Source of the DNA: a virus
Reading direction: 5' to 3' (one strand)
DNA length: 64,000 nucleotides
IMG/VR virus record: IMGVR_UViG_3300009008_000003
Shown: piece by piece, positions 38,629-48,276 of the stretch
Layout: each line of letters opens with the position of its first letter
How positions within the stretch are numbered: position 1 is the first letter of the stretch
Made by a program: the position numbers and the translations under genes
The notes under the pieces: model-generated
Databases searched by the model: none
What the model saw: the letters and a program-made list of their open reading frames with translations, nothing else
Told to the model about the DNA's origin: nothing

Positions 38629-38892
38629 TTCTTCTCCTTTGTTGTGTCATGAAGCCATATGTCGGCTGCATTTTTGATGACTCTTTGAAGTTTTGTATAT
38701 GTTTTCTCTGTTACCAGTATTCCGGTATCTTCACCATTCATTTCTACGCTATAGCTTTTGCTTCCGTCATCTTCGTATTATTCCTCTAAAAGGGATATGT
38801 TCTCAGCGTTCGCTGTTATTACTGCTGCTAGCTTACCCTCGTCATCAATTGCTTCGAACTTGATAAACAGTACTGTTGACATGGGGTCTCCT

Positions 38893-39261
38893 TTATTTGC
38901 GTTGTTTTGGAAGTTTTACCATGAGATATCTGTCGTATTCCCACTCATTGCTTACTTTCTTTGCTTTTGCAATCCAGCCTCGCTCTTCGTATAGTCTGGC
39001 GACTATAGTAAAGGCAACCCCTAATACCTTATCGTTAATTGGCATGGATACTTTTGTTTTTGCGTCATGGCCCATTATACGTATTTTCTTACTGAATCCA
39101 CACCTTATTCTACTACTTATCTCCTTGTTTGTTAACGAGATAATAGCTTCGATTAGCTCGTCTGGTGGATCGTGAGTATTTTTCATAAATAAGCCTCTTA
39201 TATGATCTACGCTGCAGTCGTCCGGTATTAAAGATCTAAAATAATCTATACTCTTATTCAT
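38893..39261 (-). CDS. Hypothetical protein
   Basis: 122-aa ORF. Confidence 0.5.
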   Translation of the reverse strand: MNKSIDYFRSLIPDDCSVDHIRGLFMKNTHDPPDELIEAIISLTNKEISSRIRCGFSKKIRIMGHDAKTKVSMPINDKVLGVAFTIVARLYEERGWIAKAKKVSNEWEYDRYLMVKLPKQRK

Positions 39262-39643
39262 TTGACATTTATCCTACTTTATTGTAAACTATTGTTATGG
39301 CATACTTAGATAACATTCGATCAGGCTGGGGTTTAGCGCGTAGATATATAGGAGGAACTGGGAGGCCTATAGGCTCCAGAGATTTCCTAAACAGAGAGAC
39401 TTTACGAGCGTTTCGGTCCGACATTATGTCGCAAAGAATGACGCGAGTGCAGCCAATTAAGATGTTGGGCGCCAATAAAGGGCCTACCCCTATTAAACTA
39501 AAGAATGTTTTCAGTGAAGGCGCTTCTACTAACCCCCTAAAAACTTTACGCCCCTTACCCGAACTTCCAAAGCTTTAACCGTTAATCCATAAATATTATT
39601 TAAATAAAAAAAGGAGCCCTGAGGCTCCTTTGTATATGCACTG

Positions 39644-40291
39644 CTAGGCAGCAGCGGCTTCGGTACGAGTCCGGATATCCTGCGCAAGAGCTTTCAGCTG
39701 TTCGCGCTGCATGACCAGACCGGTAATCAGACAACCAGCAGTAACGGCAGCAGCCAGTCCCGGGCAATATACCAGGAGACCCAGAGCTGCAGCACCGGCC
39801 AGATACCATACCCAGTACTTCTTCAGATGTGCTAGAACCTTTCCAAGCCGGAACTTGAAAGTTCTCATTGCTTTGGAGGTCCAGGAACCGGTAGCATCCA
39901 TTCCGAGTTTCTTTGCCAGGGCAGGCGGAAGAATACCGGCAGCATGCTGGAAAAGCTCAGCCAGTACAGAGTCCTGGTTCTTTGCGGAATCCTTCTCGAT
40001 AATCTTGGAGATTTCCGCTACAACTCGCTTGTAAGCGACCCGAACATCATTCGGGAGATCTTCCGGAGCCAGGCCAAGGGAGAACTTGTCCCAGAGCTTT
40101 GTTTCTTCCAGAGTCTCGGCCAGGTTGATAAATTCCTTTTTCAGGCTGTTGGGAAAAGTGGTTCCCTTTTCCTTCTTTTTCTTGTCCTTGCCCTCTTCTT
40201 TGGTGGGCTCTTCGCTGGTTTCGTCGGCAGTTTTGTTGCTGCCATCTGGTTCGTCAGTATTCCAGAAAACGCGTGTCCAATGCTGTCTCAT
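39644..40291 (-). CDS. Hypothetical protein with C-terminal TM anchor
   Basis: 215 aa; GC-richer codon usage; flanked by motif 40395-40402 and terminator 39606-39631. Confidence 0.6.
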   Translation of the reverse strand: MRQHWTRVFWNTDEPDGSNKTADETSEEPTKEEGKDKKKKEKGTTFPNSLKKEFINLAETLEETKLWDKFSLGLAPEDLPNDVRVAYKRVVAEISKIIEKDSAKNQDSVLAELFQHAAGILPPALAKKLGMDATGSWTSKAMRTFKFRLGKVLAHLKKYWVWYLAGAAALGLLVYCPGLAAAVTAGCLITGLVMQREQLKALAQDIRTRTEAAAA

Positions 40292-40464
40292 TTTTACACC
40301 TCATGTAAATAGGGGTTGGACAAGCATTGTGCCCGCCCAACCGTGAATGGTTGTTATCAATATGTTAGCGGGCGTTAAACCCTACTTCATATATCTTATA
40401 CCATATTATGGTCTATTTTTGGCCATAAAGAAGAGGTGTCGTTTAGGGTAAAGTTTCAACCCCC

Positions 40465-40803
40465 TTATAAGGGGGCGGGAACCAGAATTAATTCGTCTTT
40501 GTCGTCTGAAAACTTAAACCATACCTTGATTTTCTCTTGCCTCATTTTCTTAAAGAAATATGGAGCCATTATCGCTGTTCCGTTCATTGTTGGAGACAGC
40601 ATGATTCCATTGATATCCCTGATCTGCCTTAACAAATCTATGATATCGTTAACCACTGCCTTTATATCGGCGTTGGTTTTATAGTTAGTAGGCCTTATCA
40701 ATTTCTCGAGATTAGCCTTGAATTTTGCATGTTTTACGTTACACACACCAATTGTTTTCAATGATGGGTTTATAAAACTTGCTGTGGTTAAATTAACTAT
40801 CAC
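40465..40803 (-). CDS. Hypothetical protein
   Basis: 112 aa, SD ggagg. Confidence 0.5.
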   Translation of the reverse strand: MIVNLTTASFINPSLKTIGVCNVKHAKFKANLEKLIRPTNYKTNADIKAVVNDIIDLLRQIRDINGIMLSPTMNGTAIMAPYFFKKMRQEKIKVWFKFSDDKDELILVPAPL

Positions 40804-40850
40804 CTTGGCCTCCTAAGTAATTTGTAAATAAAAATGTAAATATATAAATA

Positions 40851-40883
40851 AAAAAAAGCTACAGAATGAACTGTAGCCTTTTG
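40851..40883 (-). terminator. Intrinsic terminator
   Basis: - strand: gctacag-ttcatt-ctgtagc-ttttttt. Confidence 0.7.
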
Positions 40884-40894
40884 TTTGTGTACAC

Positions 40895-41035
40895 TAACCA
40901 GAATTCCCAACTGCATCTGGTGTTACCCCCGCCACAATACTGGGGTGCCCTATATTATAGGTATACGCCCCAGTCCGGGTCACCGTTGCTATCGCTGTAG
41001 CTGGTAATGCCGGAGAGGGCGCAGTGACCTTATAT
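40895..41035 (-). ncRNA. Candidate structured ncRNA of unknown family
   Basis: GC-rich ATG-less segment between GGTATAAG (41044-41051) and a terminator; three stems ggtcactg/cggtgacc, actgggg/ccccagt, accaga/tctggt. Confidence 0.45.
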
Positions 41036-41068
41036 ATAATCTACTTATACCAGAAAAGGCTAAACTTC

Positions 41069-41410
41069 TTACGTTTCCATGACGGCGTCTATAATCGGGT
41101 CCGCCCTCCTAATGTGGGCATATAGCTTTTTCCTGCCCCGAATGTTTAAGATTGTCCTATGCGTGTCCAAATAGAATACCGTCTTCTTAACATATGGGCG
41201 TTCCTTTGGATCATTTATCTTATTCAATATACAATTAGGTTCGCTGCATCTATAGCCACCTTCCTCAAAAGTAATAATATGCATTACTTGGCAAGGGCCA
41301 GAATTGACGTGTTTAACATATGTAGGATCAGAGATAGCCTGGACGCTTGGAACTACGCTAGGGTTCCCTTTTGGTACATGAATTATATCCTCTGGTTTTA
41401 ATCTGTTCAT
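41069..41410 (-). CDS. Hypothetical protein
   Basis: 113-aa ORF. Confidence 0.5.
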   Translation of the reverse strand: MNRLKPEDIIHVPKGNPSVVPSVQAISDPTYVKHVNSGPCQVMHIITFEEGGYRCSEPNCILNKINDPKERPYVKKTVFYLDTHRTILNIRGRKKLYAHIRRADPIIDAVMET

Positions 41411-41412
41411 GT

Positions 41413-41997
41413 TTACCTTCCGGTCACAAACCGAAATGGTTTGGTGACATTGTAGTTGGGATAAGGTTTTTTCGAAATCCTGTTCAGAAGATACATCGTT
41501 GGCCTGATACCAAATCCACCAACTAACTCCATGCTAGGGTCTTTGGCTGGAATTGTCACTATTGCATCCTTTTCAATCAATATACGTAGCTCTTCCCCTA
41601 CCGGGGAATTAGAAATTGGTACTACAAAGTGACTTTCGTCATCAAGCATAATATTCCCCACCAGGCACAGGTGCGCAGTTTGTAATGGAATAACATTGTT
41701 ATAAAATGGCACTGCATGTACTACACCCGTGCCTTTATGCTTGTATACACGGGCATTATAGTGTTCTATGCTATCTGGCAAAACCGGTGCGTCGATTCTT
41801 GCATCAGACATGGCTACTTGCCTGCGCCTTTCTGCGCAGTCTGGACAATGATCACAATGATCTTCAATGGCTCTTTGTACCTCAGAGACATAACATCCAA
41901 GCATTGCTAACTGCATTACCTCAATGCATACGCAGTGAATGGTTTGCGTCTTTGTGTCGTTCGGCATAATTACCTCTGTTGTTGTGTTAAGAAACAT
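41413..41997 (-). CDS. Hypothetical protein with N-terminal Cys/His cluster (zinc-finger-like)
   Basis: HCVC...HCDHCPDC; likely start MPNDTK. Confidence 0.55.
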   Translation of the reverse strand: MFLNTTTEVIMPNDTKTQTIHCVCIEVMQLAMLGCYVSEVQRAIEDHCDHCPDCAERRRQVAMSDARIDAPVLPDSIEHYNARVYKHKGTGVVHAVPFYNNVIPLQTAHLCLVGNIMLDDESHFVVPISNSPVGEELRILIEKDAIVTIPAKDPSMELVGGFGIRPTMYLLNRISKKPYPNYNVTKPFRFVTGR

Positions 41998-42010
41998 GCT
42001 CCATATAGTA

Positions 42011-42047
42011 CTTATACCGTAAAAAAAGAGCCCAGTGAAGGGCTCTT
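42011..42047 (-). terminator. Fused terminator-promoter junction
   Basis: - strand: aagagccc-ttcact-gggctc-ttttttt-ac-GGTATAAG. Confidence 0.65.
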
Positions 42048-42051
42048 GCTA

Positions 42052-42699
42052 TTAGTGGGTTGTTGTTTCATCGGGCCGTACACTTTCAGCCCGTTTCTTT
42101 CTCTTCTCTTCTCTCAACTTCTTGATTTCTTCATCAGAGGGTTTTTTCTTACGCTTGGGGAAGGTTTCCGGCTTGGGAGCAGGTATGAACAGCGTGTGAA
42201 TTTTTCCCTTGATGGCTGGGTCGTTCTTACCGAAGTACGCCTTGGCACGTTCTACGAAATTCCCGATAATATCGAGTTTTTCGTCTTCGAGCCATACCGG
42301 TGCAACATACATCTTATTTTCCAGAGCCCGCGTAGCTGCATAGCGTACACCGTTATGCTTGTTGAACTTATCTTTCTTGTGATGATAAGCAGTGATGGCA
42401 ATGTTGACATGATCGTCAATGCGTACAGCTACCATAGTAACGTGTGGGCGTGCTTTATAACCAGACCATCTGATTCGCATGTCTTCAAAGTTATTGATAG
42501 CTTCTTCTGATCGAAGCTCCTGGTAGATTTGCTCTTCCTCGTCAGTGCGCACAGGTGGTAGCTTTCTTGGAATGCGGTGTACCATAATCCGGTGGTTGTC
42601 GAACAATTTCTGGAGCTCCTCTTCCGAGATCACGTCCATTTCATCTTTGTTCGTAAGTGTGGTATCCGGCAGGTTTAGTGCCGTTTCTTTTTCACTCAT
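42052..42699 (-). CDS. Hypothetical protein
   Basis: 215 aa; contains AYHHKKDKFNKHNGVRYAATRAL. Confidence 0.6.
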   Translation of the reverse strand: MSEKETALNLPDTTLTNKDEMDVISEEELQKLFDNHRIMVHRIPRKLPPVRTDEEEQIYQELRSEEAINNFEDMRIRWSGYKARPHVTMVAVRIDDHVNIAITAYHHKKDKFNKHNGVRYAATRALENKMYVAPVWLEDEKLDIIGNFVERAKAYFGKNDPAIKGKIHTLFIPAPKPETFPKRKKKPSDEEIKKLREEKRKKRAESVRPDETTTH

Positions 42700-42724
42700 G
42701 ATTTTTCCTTTGTTTTGAGTTAAT

Positions 42725-43015
42725 TCATTCTTTTTGTCCTACTTCAAATAGTTCCTCGGTACCGTCGTCGTAGGTTACTTTCAGTACACGAGCTGTGACA
42801 GTCTTTGCGTTCTTTGCATCTTTTGTTTCCAAGTGGTTCAAACGTAAACCCACATGATTTTCAACGTTGTTTACGTCGATATGATTATCCCACCATGTTT
42901 GGTCTGAGTCGAACCAGTGTTCGTTTGGTTTCCCGGCAAGATAGTTAAAATATTCTTCGTCCTCTTCCCTGATCAGGTAGAAGTTTTCATTCAGGTCCGT
43001 CACCAATACCAGCAT
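42725..43015 (-). CDS. Hypothetical protein
   Basis: 96 aa, SD gggagg. Confidence 0.55.
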   Translation of the reverse strand: MLVLVTDLNENFYLIREEDEEYFNYLAGKPNEHWFDSDQTWWDNHIDVNNVENHVGLRLNHLETKDAKNAKTVTARVLKVTYDDGTEELFEVGQKE

Positions 43016-43083
43016 GTTTCCTCCCTCGTTTGCATGTTCTTTTTTCGAAATAGCGCTTTAGCCATTTGCCTATCCAGGGACTT

Positions 43084-43389
43084 TTAGTTTTTTGCTTCCG
43101 GTAACCTTTCCTCGCTTTCATTTTCTGTTCCATCGTTAAAGCATGCATGATCTTTGCACGCACTGCATATTCCTAGGCCACCTGGGTCTGATACCCATTT
43201 ATGCGCATCATGGTCATAGTAGCCAGTACACTTAAAGCCCATTTCGTCTTTTATTAATACGCGATCTGAAAGAAGCTCCATATCATTATCTTCGTCACAT
43301 ATGCTAGGTATTACAACATCTGCCTGTATCCACCCTACATGATAATCGTTAACTAATTCATAGAGAGATCTTATTGTTGATCCTATCAT
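43084..43389 (-). CDS. Hypothetical protein
   Basis: 101 aa, coupled. Confidence 0.5.
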   Translation of the reverse strand: MIGSTIRSLYELVNDYHVGWIQADVVIPSICDEDNDMELLSDRVLIKDEMGFKCTGYYDHDAHKWVSDPGGLGICSACKDHACFNDGTENESEERLPEAKN

Positions 43390-43589
43390 TATTTCTCCTT
43401 TTTCTTTTTAGGTGGATATAGAGCTTCCAGCTGTTTTTTGACTTTCTTGATGTCCTTTTGAATTGTATCTGCTGTGCTGCGCGCGCCACGTCGTGCGAAT
43501 AGCCAGTACTTACGTCGTAGTTCTTCTAGCTTTAGTTCTAGACGTTTCTTTTCTTTGCGCTTTTCGCGCCACTCTTTAAACTTCCCCAT
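43389..43589 (-). CDS. Small very basic protein
   Basis: 66 aa, SD ggag. Confidence 0.5.
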   Translation of the reverse strand: MGKFKEWREKRKEKKRLELKLEELRRKYWLFARRGARSTADTIQKDIKKVKKQLEALYPPKKKKEK

Positions 43590-43605
43590 GCTATCTCCTC
43601 ATCAA

Positions 43606-43917
43606 TTATATAACATCTATTTTGCTACCATCTATATGTGTTGACCCGGTAATTTCTCCTTTGAGATTAGTTAATAAATTATTAAGCATATCGTTCATTT
43701 CTAATAATCGTTTTGGTTCTTCTATCCCCGGGTATTCTTCAAGCTCTGCTGATAACTTAGCCGCTATTAGCTGTATATCAACTTCTATGCTTTTCAAATA
43801 CTGTTTTGTTGAGAAAGGCATAGGTTCTGTTTCTGCTGTTTGTTCGGGTGCTATTACCCCTGATTTACCTGTAGAGCATAAATCAGCTAAATCTATCACT
43901 TTCAAATCTAATGCCAT
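43606..43917 (-). CDS. Hypothetical protein
   Basis: 103 aa. Confidence 0.5.
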   Translation of the reverse strand: MALDLKVIDLADLCSTGKSGVIAPEQTAETEPMPFSTKQYLKSIEVDIQLIAAKLSAELEEYPGIEEPKRLLEMNDMLNNLLTNLKGEITGSTHIDGSKIDVI

Positions 43918-43925
43918 AATTTACC

Positions 43926-44495
43926 TCAACTGTGGTAGTCAATGGTTATTAAATAACCAGAGGTTATACCGTATTCTTTTAATATTTGTTTTACTGTTCT
44001 ATCTTCTTGTTCGTGCCACACCTCGTCATCTACTATTAATGTGCAGCACTTTAAATCATCCGCCGCTTTTTCAACAGATATAATATCACCATGAAATCGT
44101 GCCCACTGAGTTGGCCATTTTAATACCTTGCCCTTATTATTACAATGTGGGCAAGAAGCTGCTATTTCTGTGTTGGATTCATCTTCTAGGGAGTCTGTAT
44201 CAACAATCAGCGGTTCGTCTATTGAATTAGTTCCATCGCAATGTTGACAGTCTTCTAAATTGTTTTCGTCATCTGATGGTTTAAAGTTTTTATCATGTGC
44301 GCCGGTCCAGCGACCGCCTATTTGATACCAATCGTAAAAACCTTCAGGGTTATACCAGTAACTATTACCATCCTCGTCATAACCTTGTTCTACTTCTTTT
44401 TCATAGTAGAAAGGTTCCATTATCTCATCTACAACTGATTCTATGTCCGCGTCGTCTGGTAATTTATGTACGTGTAATTCTAAGTGACAATGCAT
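43926..44495 (-). CDS. Conserved-type phage protein with DnaJ-like Zn fingers
   Basis: FYDWYQIGGRWTG plus CQHCDGT and CPHCNNKG. Confidence 0.6.
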   Translation of the reverse strand: MHCHLELHVHKLPDDADIESVVDEIMEPFYYEKEVEQGYDEDGNSYWYNPEGFYDWYQIGGRWTGAHDKNFKPSDDENNLEDCQHCDGTNSIDEPLIVDTDSLEDESNTEIAASCPHCNNKGKVLKWPTQWARFHGDIISVEKAADDLKCCTLIVDDEVWHEQEDRTVKQILKEYGITSGYLITIDYHS

Positions 44496-44660
44496 TTATT
44501 ATTCCTATGTTATTATAAAAAGAGCACGGGGGTGTGCTCTTTAGGGAGTTCGTTATATTTAATATTACATATATGTGGAGGGAATTTAACCCGGTCACTG
44601 TGAGCTCCTTTTTCATTCTCCTCCTTATACGCCTAGTGACGCCTTTGATATCGTCCATTG

Positions 44661-45020
44661 CTACTTGTCCTTCTTTTCGTCTGTCGTTGATTTGGGAGTA
44701 CTGCGTGCCTGGCGCTCTTTGACGTCATGTTCGATTGCTGATCTCAGCAGCTTGATTTTAGCTACCCAGTATGCATCACCATGATTCGTCGCTGCCTGGT
44801 CCAGCATGGACAATCCTTCTACTATGTCCACAACTCCTTCGAGTTGTAATATGTTGTCGGGCCCTTCTGGTTCATAGTAATGTATACGAAGCCGGTAATC
44901 ATGCATTCCTTGTACAGGAGCATGATACGCCACAGTCACCGGAGGAAAATTGAAAGTTTCCACGGTTTTATGTCCACGCAGTATCACCGGTATCGTCGTC
45001 ACTTTTATTTTCACTGGCAT
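44661..45020 (-). CDS. Hypothetical protein
   Basis: 119 aa, SD ggagg. Confidence 0.5.
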   Translation of the reverse strand: MPVKIKVTTIPVILRGHKTVETFNFPPVTVAYHAPVQGMHDYRLRIHYYEPEGPDNILQLEGVVDIVEGLSMLDQAATNHGDAYWVAKIKLLRSAIEHDVKERQARSTPKSTTDEKKDK

Positions 45021-45021
45021 T

Positions 45022-45357
45022 TTATACCTCCACCTGAATTAAACCTCGTGAGAACATGTTGTTCCATGTATTTTTCCATTCGTCCTCTGTACGAATTACA
45101 GAGTACTTCACGTCAAACAGTTCACGTACTACGTCTTTCATTTCCCTGCGTAAATCTACCTTAGGTAACTTACAGTTAATGACCGCGACACAATTACCAT
45201 CGATTAACTCACCCTTAATCATATGCGCATCTTTGCGGCCGAAGGTAACGTAGATCTTAGTGACTTCAGGTTTCGGTTTCGTTTGGGACTTTTTCTCCTT
45301 GCTCTTCAACTTCATGTTGTACCTCTCTTTGCTTATCAAGGTGTTTTGTGATTTCAT
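45022..45357 (-). CDS. Hypothetical protein
   Basis: Likely start MKLKSK at about 45316. Confidence 0.5.
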   Translation of the reverse strand: MKSQNTLISKERYNMKLKSKEKKSQTKPKPEVTKIYVTFGRKDAHMIKGELIDGNCVAVINCKLPKVDLRREMKDVVRELFDVKYSVIRTEDEWKNTWNNMFSRGLIQVEV

Positions 45358-45544
45358 GATCTATTGTGCGTTGTATGGTCTTTGAATCTTCTATGGTCCA
45401 CAAATCTGGATCCTTAAGTACAAGGTCATAACAATCAGGAATAGAACTAACTTCCAGTATACATGCAATTACAGGATAATTCATAAACATGTATTTAGGT
45501 GTTTTGTAATCCCCAACAATACATCTCTCAGTAAATAATTTATA

Positions 45545-45805
45545 TTATTTTCCATCGATCATCTCCCCTATCCCAATCTCTGTAGCGTGCGCTACCACAA
45601 GTTTAGAGGCGATAATAATATCTTCTTTAGTCCATGCGCTGTGTGGTTTGATCTGATGATCATCAGCAAAGATGAGCCCGTTATCCAGGAACTCATCATG
45701 CATTAACCTGTATGCAGCCAAGATGCTCCATTCCAGATTATTCATCAGCGCTACGAGAGCGGGGCGTAGAAAGCGTACATCTGCTTTCTTGATTTCTTCT
45801 TCCAT
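45545..45805 (-). CDS. Hypothetical protein
   Basis: 86 aa, SD gaggagg. Confidence 0.55.
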   Translation of the reverse strand: MEEEIKKADVRFLRPALVALMNNLEWSILAAYRLMHDEFLDNGLIFADDHQIKPHSAWTKEDIIIASKLVVAHATEIGIGEMIDGK

Positions 45806-45986
45806 ATTTTATTCCTCCTCTATATAACTGATTATTCTGTAGCTGCGTATCCGTCCGCTATGAAAGTTAACGAACGAATTCAGCGCAGCTGCTGCTTCTG
45901 TTTTGGTAATGCCGAATAACGACATTCGTAAAGGTTTTATGGTGTGGGAGACCTCCGGGCTCTCGATGCGGGTTTGTACCATGAAT

Positions 45987-46415
45987 TCAAGCAGAGTTAT
46001 TATCGTCATAAATTCCTCCAAAGTCTTGTTCACACTGAAGTACTATCTTTGAAAACATATTCACATGCGTAAGCCTGTTATCTATTTTAATGCCGGGTAT
46101 AAGACGGGCATCTGCCACGCGGTAAAACACATAACTGCCGAATAGGCAATCAACCTGCGCCATTAAGCCTATCATTAGCAATAGGGGAACCGCTTGGCTC
46201 GGGTTGCGTTCCCCGTCTAGCCACTCTGAGCACGCGCTAAGTAGGCTGCCAGGAAATATGTGATCATAGCGTTCGTCATCCCAATCTTCACGATATTGCA
46301 TATAAGTTTCTATGCAGCTCACAATCCAATCTTCCATAGTTTCCCCCATTTGTCGTTCCCTGCGCTCCGGTTCTAGTGGATGCAGTGTAAACCTTAAAAT
46401 TTCATCATTAGCCAT
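45987..46415 (-). CDS. Hypothetical protein
   Basis: 142 aa. Confidence 0.5.
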   Translation of the reverse strand: MANDEILRFTLHPLEPERRERQMGETMEDWIVSCIETYMQYREDWDDERYDHIFPGSLLSACSEWLDGERNPSQAVPLLLMIGLMAQVDCLFGSYVFYRVADARLIPGIKIDNRLTHVNMFSKIVLQCEQDFGGIYDDNNSA

Positions 46416-46427
46416 TAGTTATCCCCG

Positions 46428-46727
46428 TCATACTTTTATCCTCCACGTATGGCCCATGGGGCCGCTGAATGTGAGATAACCTTCATCACCTGCGGCGATC
46501 CCACCATACTTAACATCGAATCCGCATGTAAAGTCTTTACCTACTACTCTAAAGAAGGCTGAGCTGTCTCCGTTTGGTTCCAGGGTTACGTCTGTGATTG
46601 TAGTGCTTAACGGTATTGTAGACATGCTATCATGGTCTTCAAGTGTTTTGCCTATGAAATCGTCCTTCTTCTCAACGAATTGGGACCACATAGGATATTC
46701 TCTTCCATTAACTACTAGAGGTTTCAT
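46428..46727 (-). CDS. Hypothetical protein
   Basis: 99 aa, SD aaggag. Confidence 0.55.
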   Translation of the reverse strand: MKPLVVNGREYPMWSQFVEKKDDFIGKTLEDHDSMSTIPLSTTITDVTLEPNGDSSAFFRVVGKDFTCGFDVKYGGIAAGDEGYLTFSGPMGHTWRIKV

Positions 46728-46943
46728 GTGTTAGCTCCTTTTTCGTTACCATTGTTAATCTCCGCGCATTTTTTTTCTTTTCTTAATGATATAAATCCTT
46801 TTATGAGCAATGACCAGCCGACTATCATACAGATACCCCAGCCAATACTGCTTAAGAAGAATGATATCAAAAATACAACCGCTGCCACTAAAGGCAGTAT
46901 AACGTAGTCAGGCATAGGCATAATGTTTCCTTTCTGTTTAATA

Positions 46944-47002
46944 ATAGCTATTATTGCTATTATTGCTATTATTGCTATTATTGCTATTATTGCTATTATT
47001 GC
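46944..47002. repeat. 9-bp tandem repeat (attgctatt)
   Basis: Five perfect copies at 46953-46997 plus partial flanking copies. Confidence 0.9.
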
Positions 47003-47041
47003 GCTTCGCGGCATGTGAGGGGCATAAATAGGTGCCATTGA

Positions 47042-47665
47042 TCAGTCTCTTGGGTTCTCTTCTTCCCAGCGTCTACGACGCTCAGCGGCGTCCTTTCTGG
47101 TCTTTTCTAATAAGTCTTCGTAGGGTATAACGTCTGGTCGGTTTTGGTTTTCCTGCGACTTATGAGTCGTTGGTAATCCTAACCGCCAACGTTCGATGGC
47201 GAGTTGGTTGCCCCCGGGTCCATCGTCCCTGGAATTGGTGCTCCAAATGCAATTTATTTTGCTATATGGCTCGTCAATATCTATGCGATATAGCATATGT
47301 TTGATGGTTGGCGGATCGCCCATTTCTTCGTAAAATATATCGAAATCATCCCAACTCGGATCCATGGGCGCTGCGTTCCTTCCAAACCCACGAATTCTTT
47401 TCCAAATAATATAACTTTTTTTGCTTTTGCGTTCATCTAGTTTATTAACGAATGTACGTCCATGCGCCTTTACTTGTTTATAGTGTTTATTACAATAACC
47501 TAATGCCCGTGAAGTATTGTTACAATTTGTCACTTTGCAGGACTTTTTGGGCTTTTTTGCGAGTGTAACGAATTCTGTCGAACGACGCAATATCTGATAA
47601 TGGCGTAAGCATAAATTTCTTGCATGGACTGGTTTACTACAGCCCGCCTTTTCACAAATTTTCAT
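47042..47665 (-). CDS. HNH-endonuclease-like protein with two N-terminal C-x4-C...C-x2-H fingers
   Basis: CEKAGC..ARNLCLRHY and CKVTNC..ALGYCNKHY, then WKRIRG..WDDFDIFYEEMGDPP..LYRIDIDEPYSKINCIWST. Confidence 0.6.
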   Translation of the reverse strand: MKICEKAGCSKPVHARNLCLRHYQILRRSTEFVTLAKKPKKSCKVTNCNNTSRALGYCNKHYKQVKAHGRTFVNKLDERKSKKSYIIWKRIRGFGRNAAPMDPSWDDFDIFYEEMGDPPTIKHMLYRIDIDEPYSKINCIWSTNSRDDGPGGNQLAIERWRLGLPTTHKSQENQNRPDVIPYEDLLEKTRKDAAERRRRWEEENPRD

Positions 47666-48276
47666 TATGTAGTCCTTTTAGTTAAGTTTACACATATGTT
47701 ACTTATACCATTAAAATATATTTAAACTTTGTCTAAAAAGTGGGTTGCAAAACCATTTTGAGATTAGCGTTTGCTGTTTAAAAATAGTTTAGGTCTGCAA
47801 CTTTGGCTTTAAAAATAGTTTAGGTCTGCAACTTTGGAACTAATTATTGTGTAACAATAGTTTAGTTCTGTAACCATAAAAATATATAAATATATATAAA
47901 TAAATAACTTAATTGAGTGGGTTGCATTTTTTAAGAAAAGTCTGCCTCGCCTGCGCGCGCATATGTGGAAGGGGTACATTTCCGTTACAAAAGTGTAGCC
48001 TTACCACATAGGGAGCATATATATATCACTGTTTTTGCGAAAAAAATGCAACTTTGCAACCGAAGGCATTTAAATCGTTTATTTACAATGTCTTCACCGG
48101 TTGCATTTTGGGTTACAGTACGGTTACACTTTTGTTAAGTACTTGTTTTTCCTCGTTCGTTTTGCAACCCGTTATTGTGTTGGTATAATAATTATTGTGT
48201 GCTATGATTATACCATGTACGTGAAAAATAGTTAAATAAATAAAAAAAATAAAAATAAAATAAAAAAAAGGCTCAC
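47666..48276. other. Non-coding AT-rich repeat region, candidate replication origin
   Basis: About 600 bp without an ORF; perfect 30-bp tandem repeat (47777-47806, 47808-47837); many TGCAAC/GTTGCA and GTTAC/GTAAC motifs in both orientations; AT-only run near 47877-47905. Confidence 0.45.

Noticed and set aside
40978-41030. Resemblance to a c-di-GMP-I riboswitch (ctccggc...ggtgacc)
   Set aside because: It lacks the GCAAA and GNRA tetraloop/receptor elements; kept only as an unknown ncRNA candidate.
47777-47875. 30-bp repeats as a mini CRISPR array
   Set aside because: The copies are adjacent with a 1-nt gap, so there are no spacers, and there are no cas genes.
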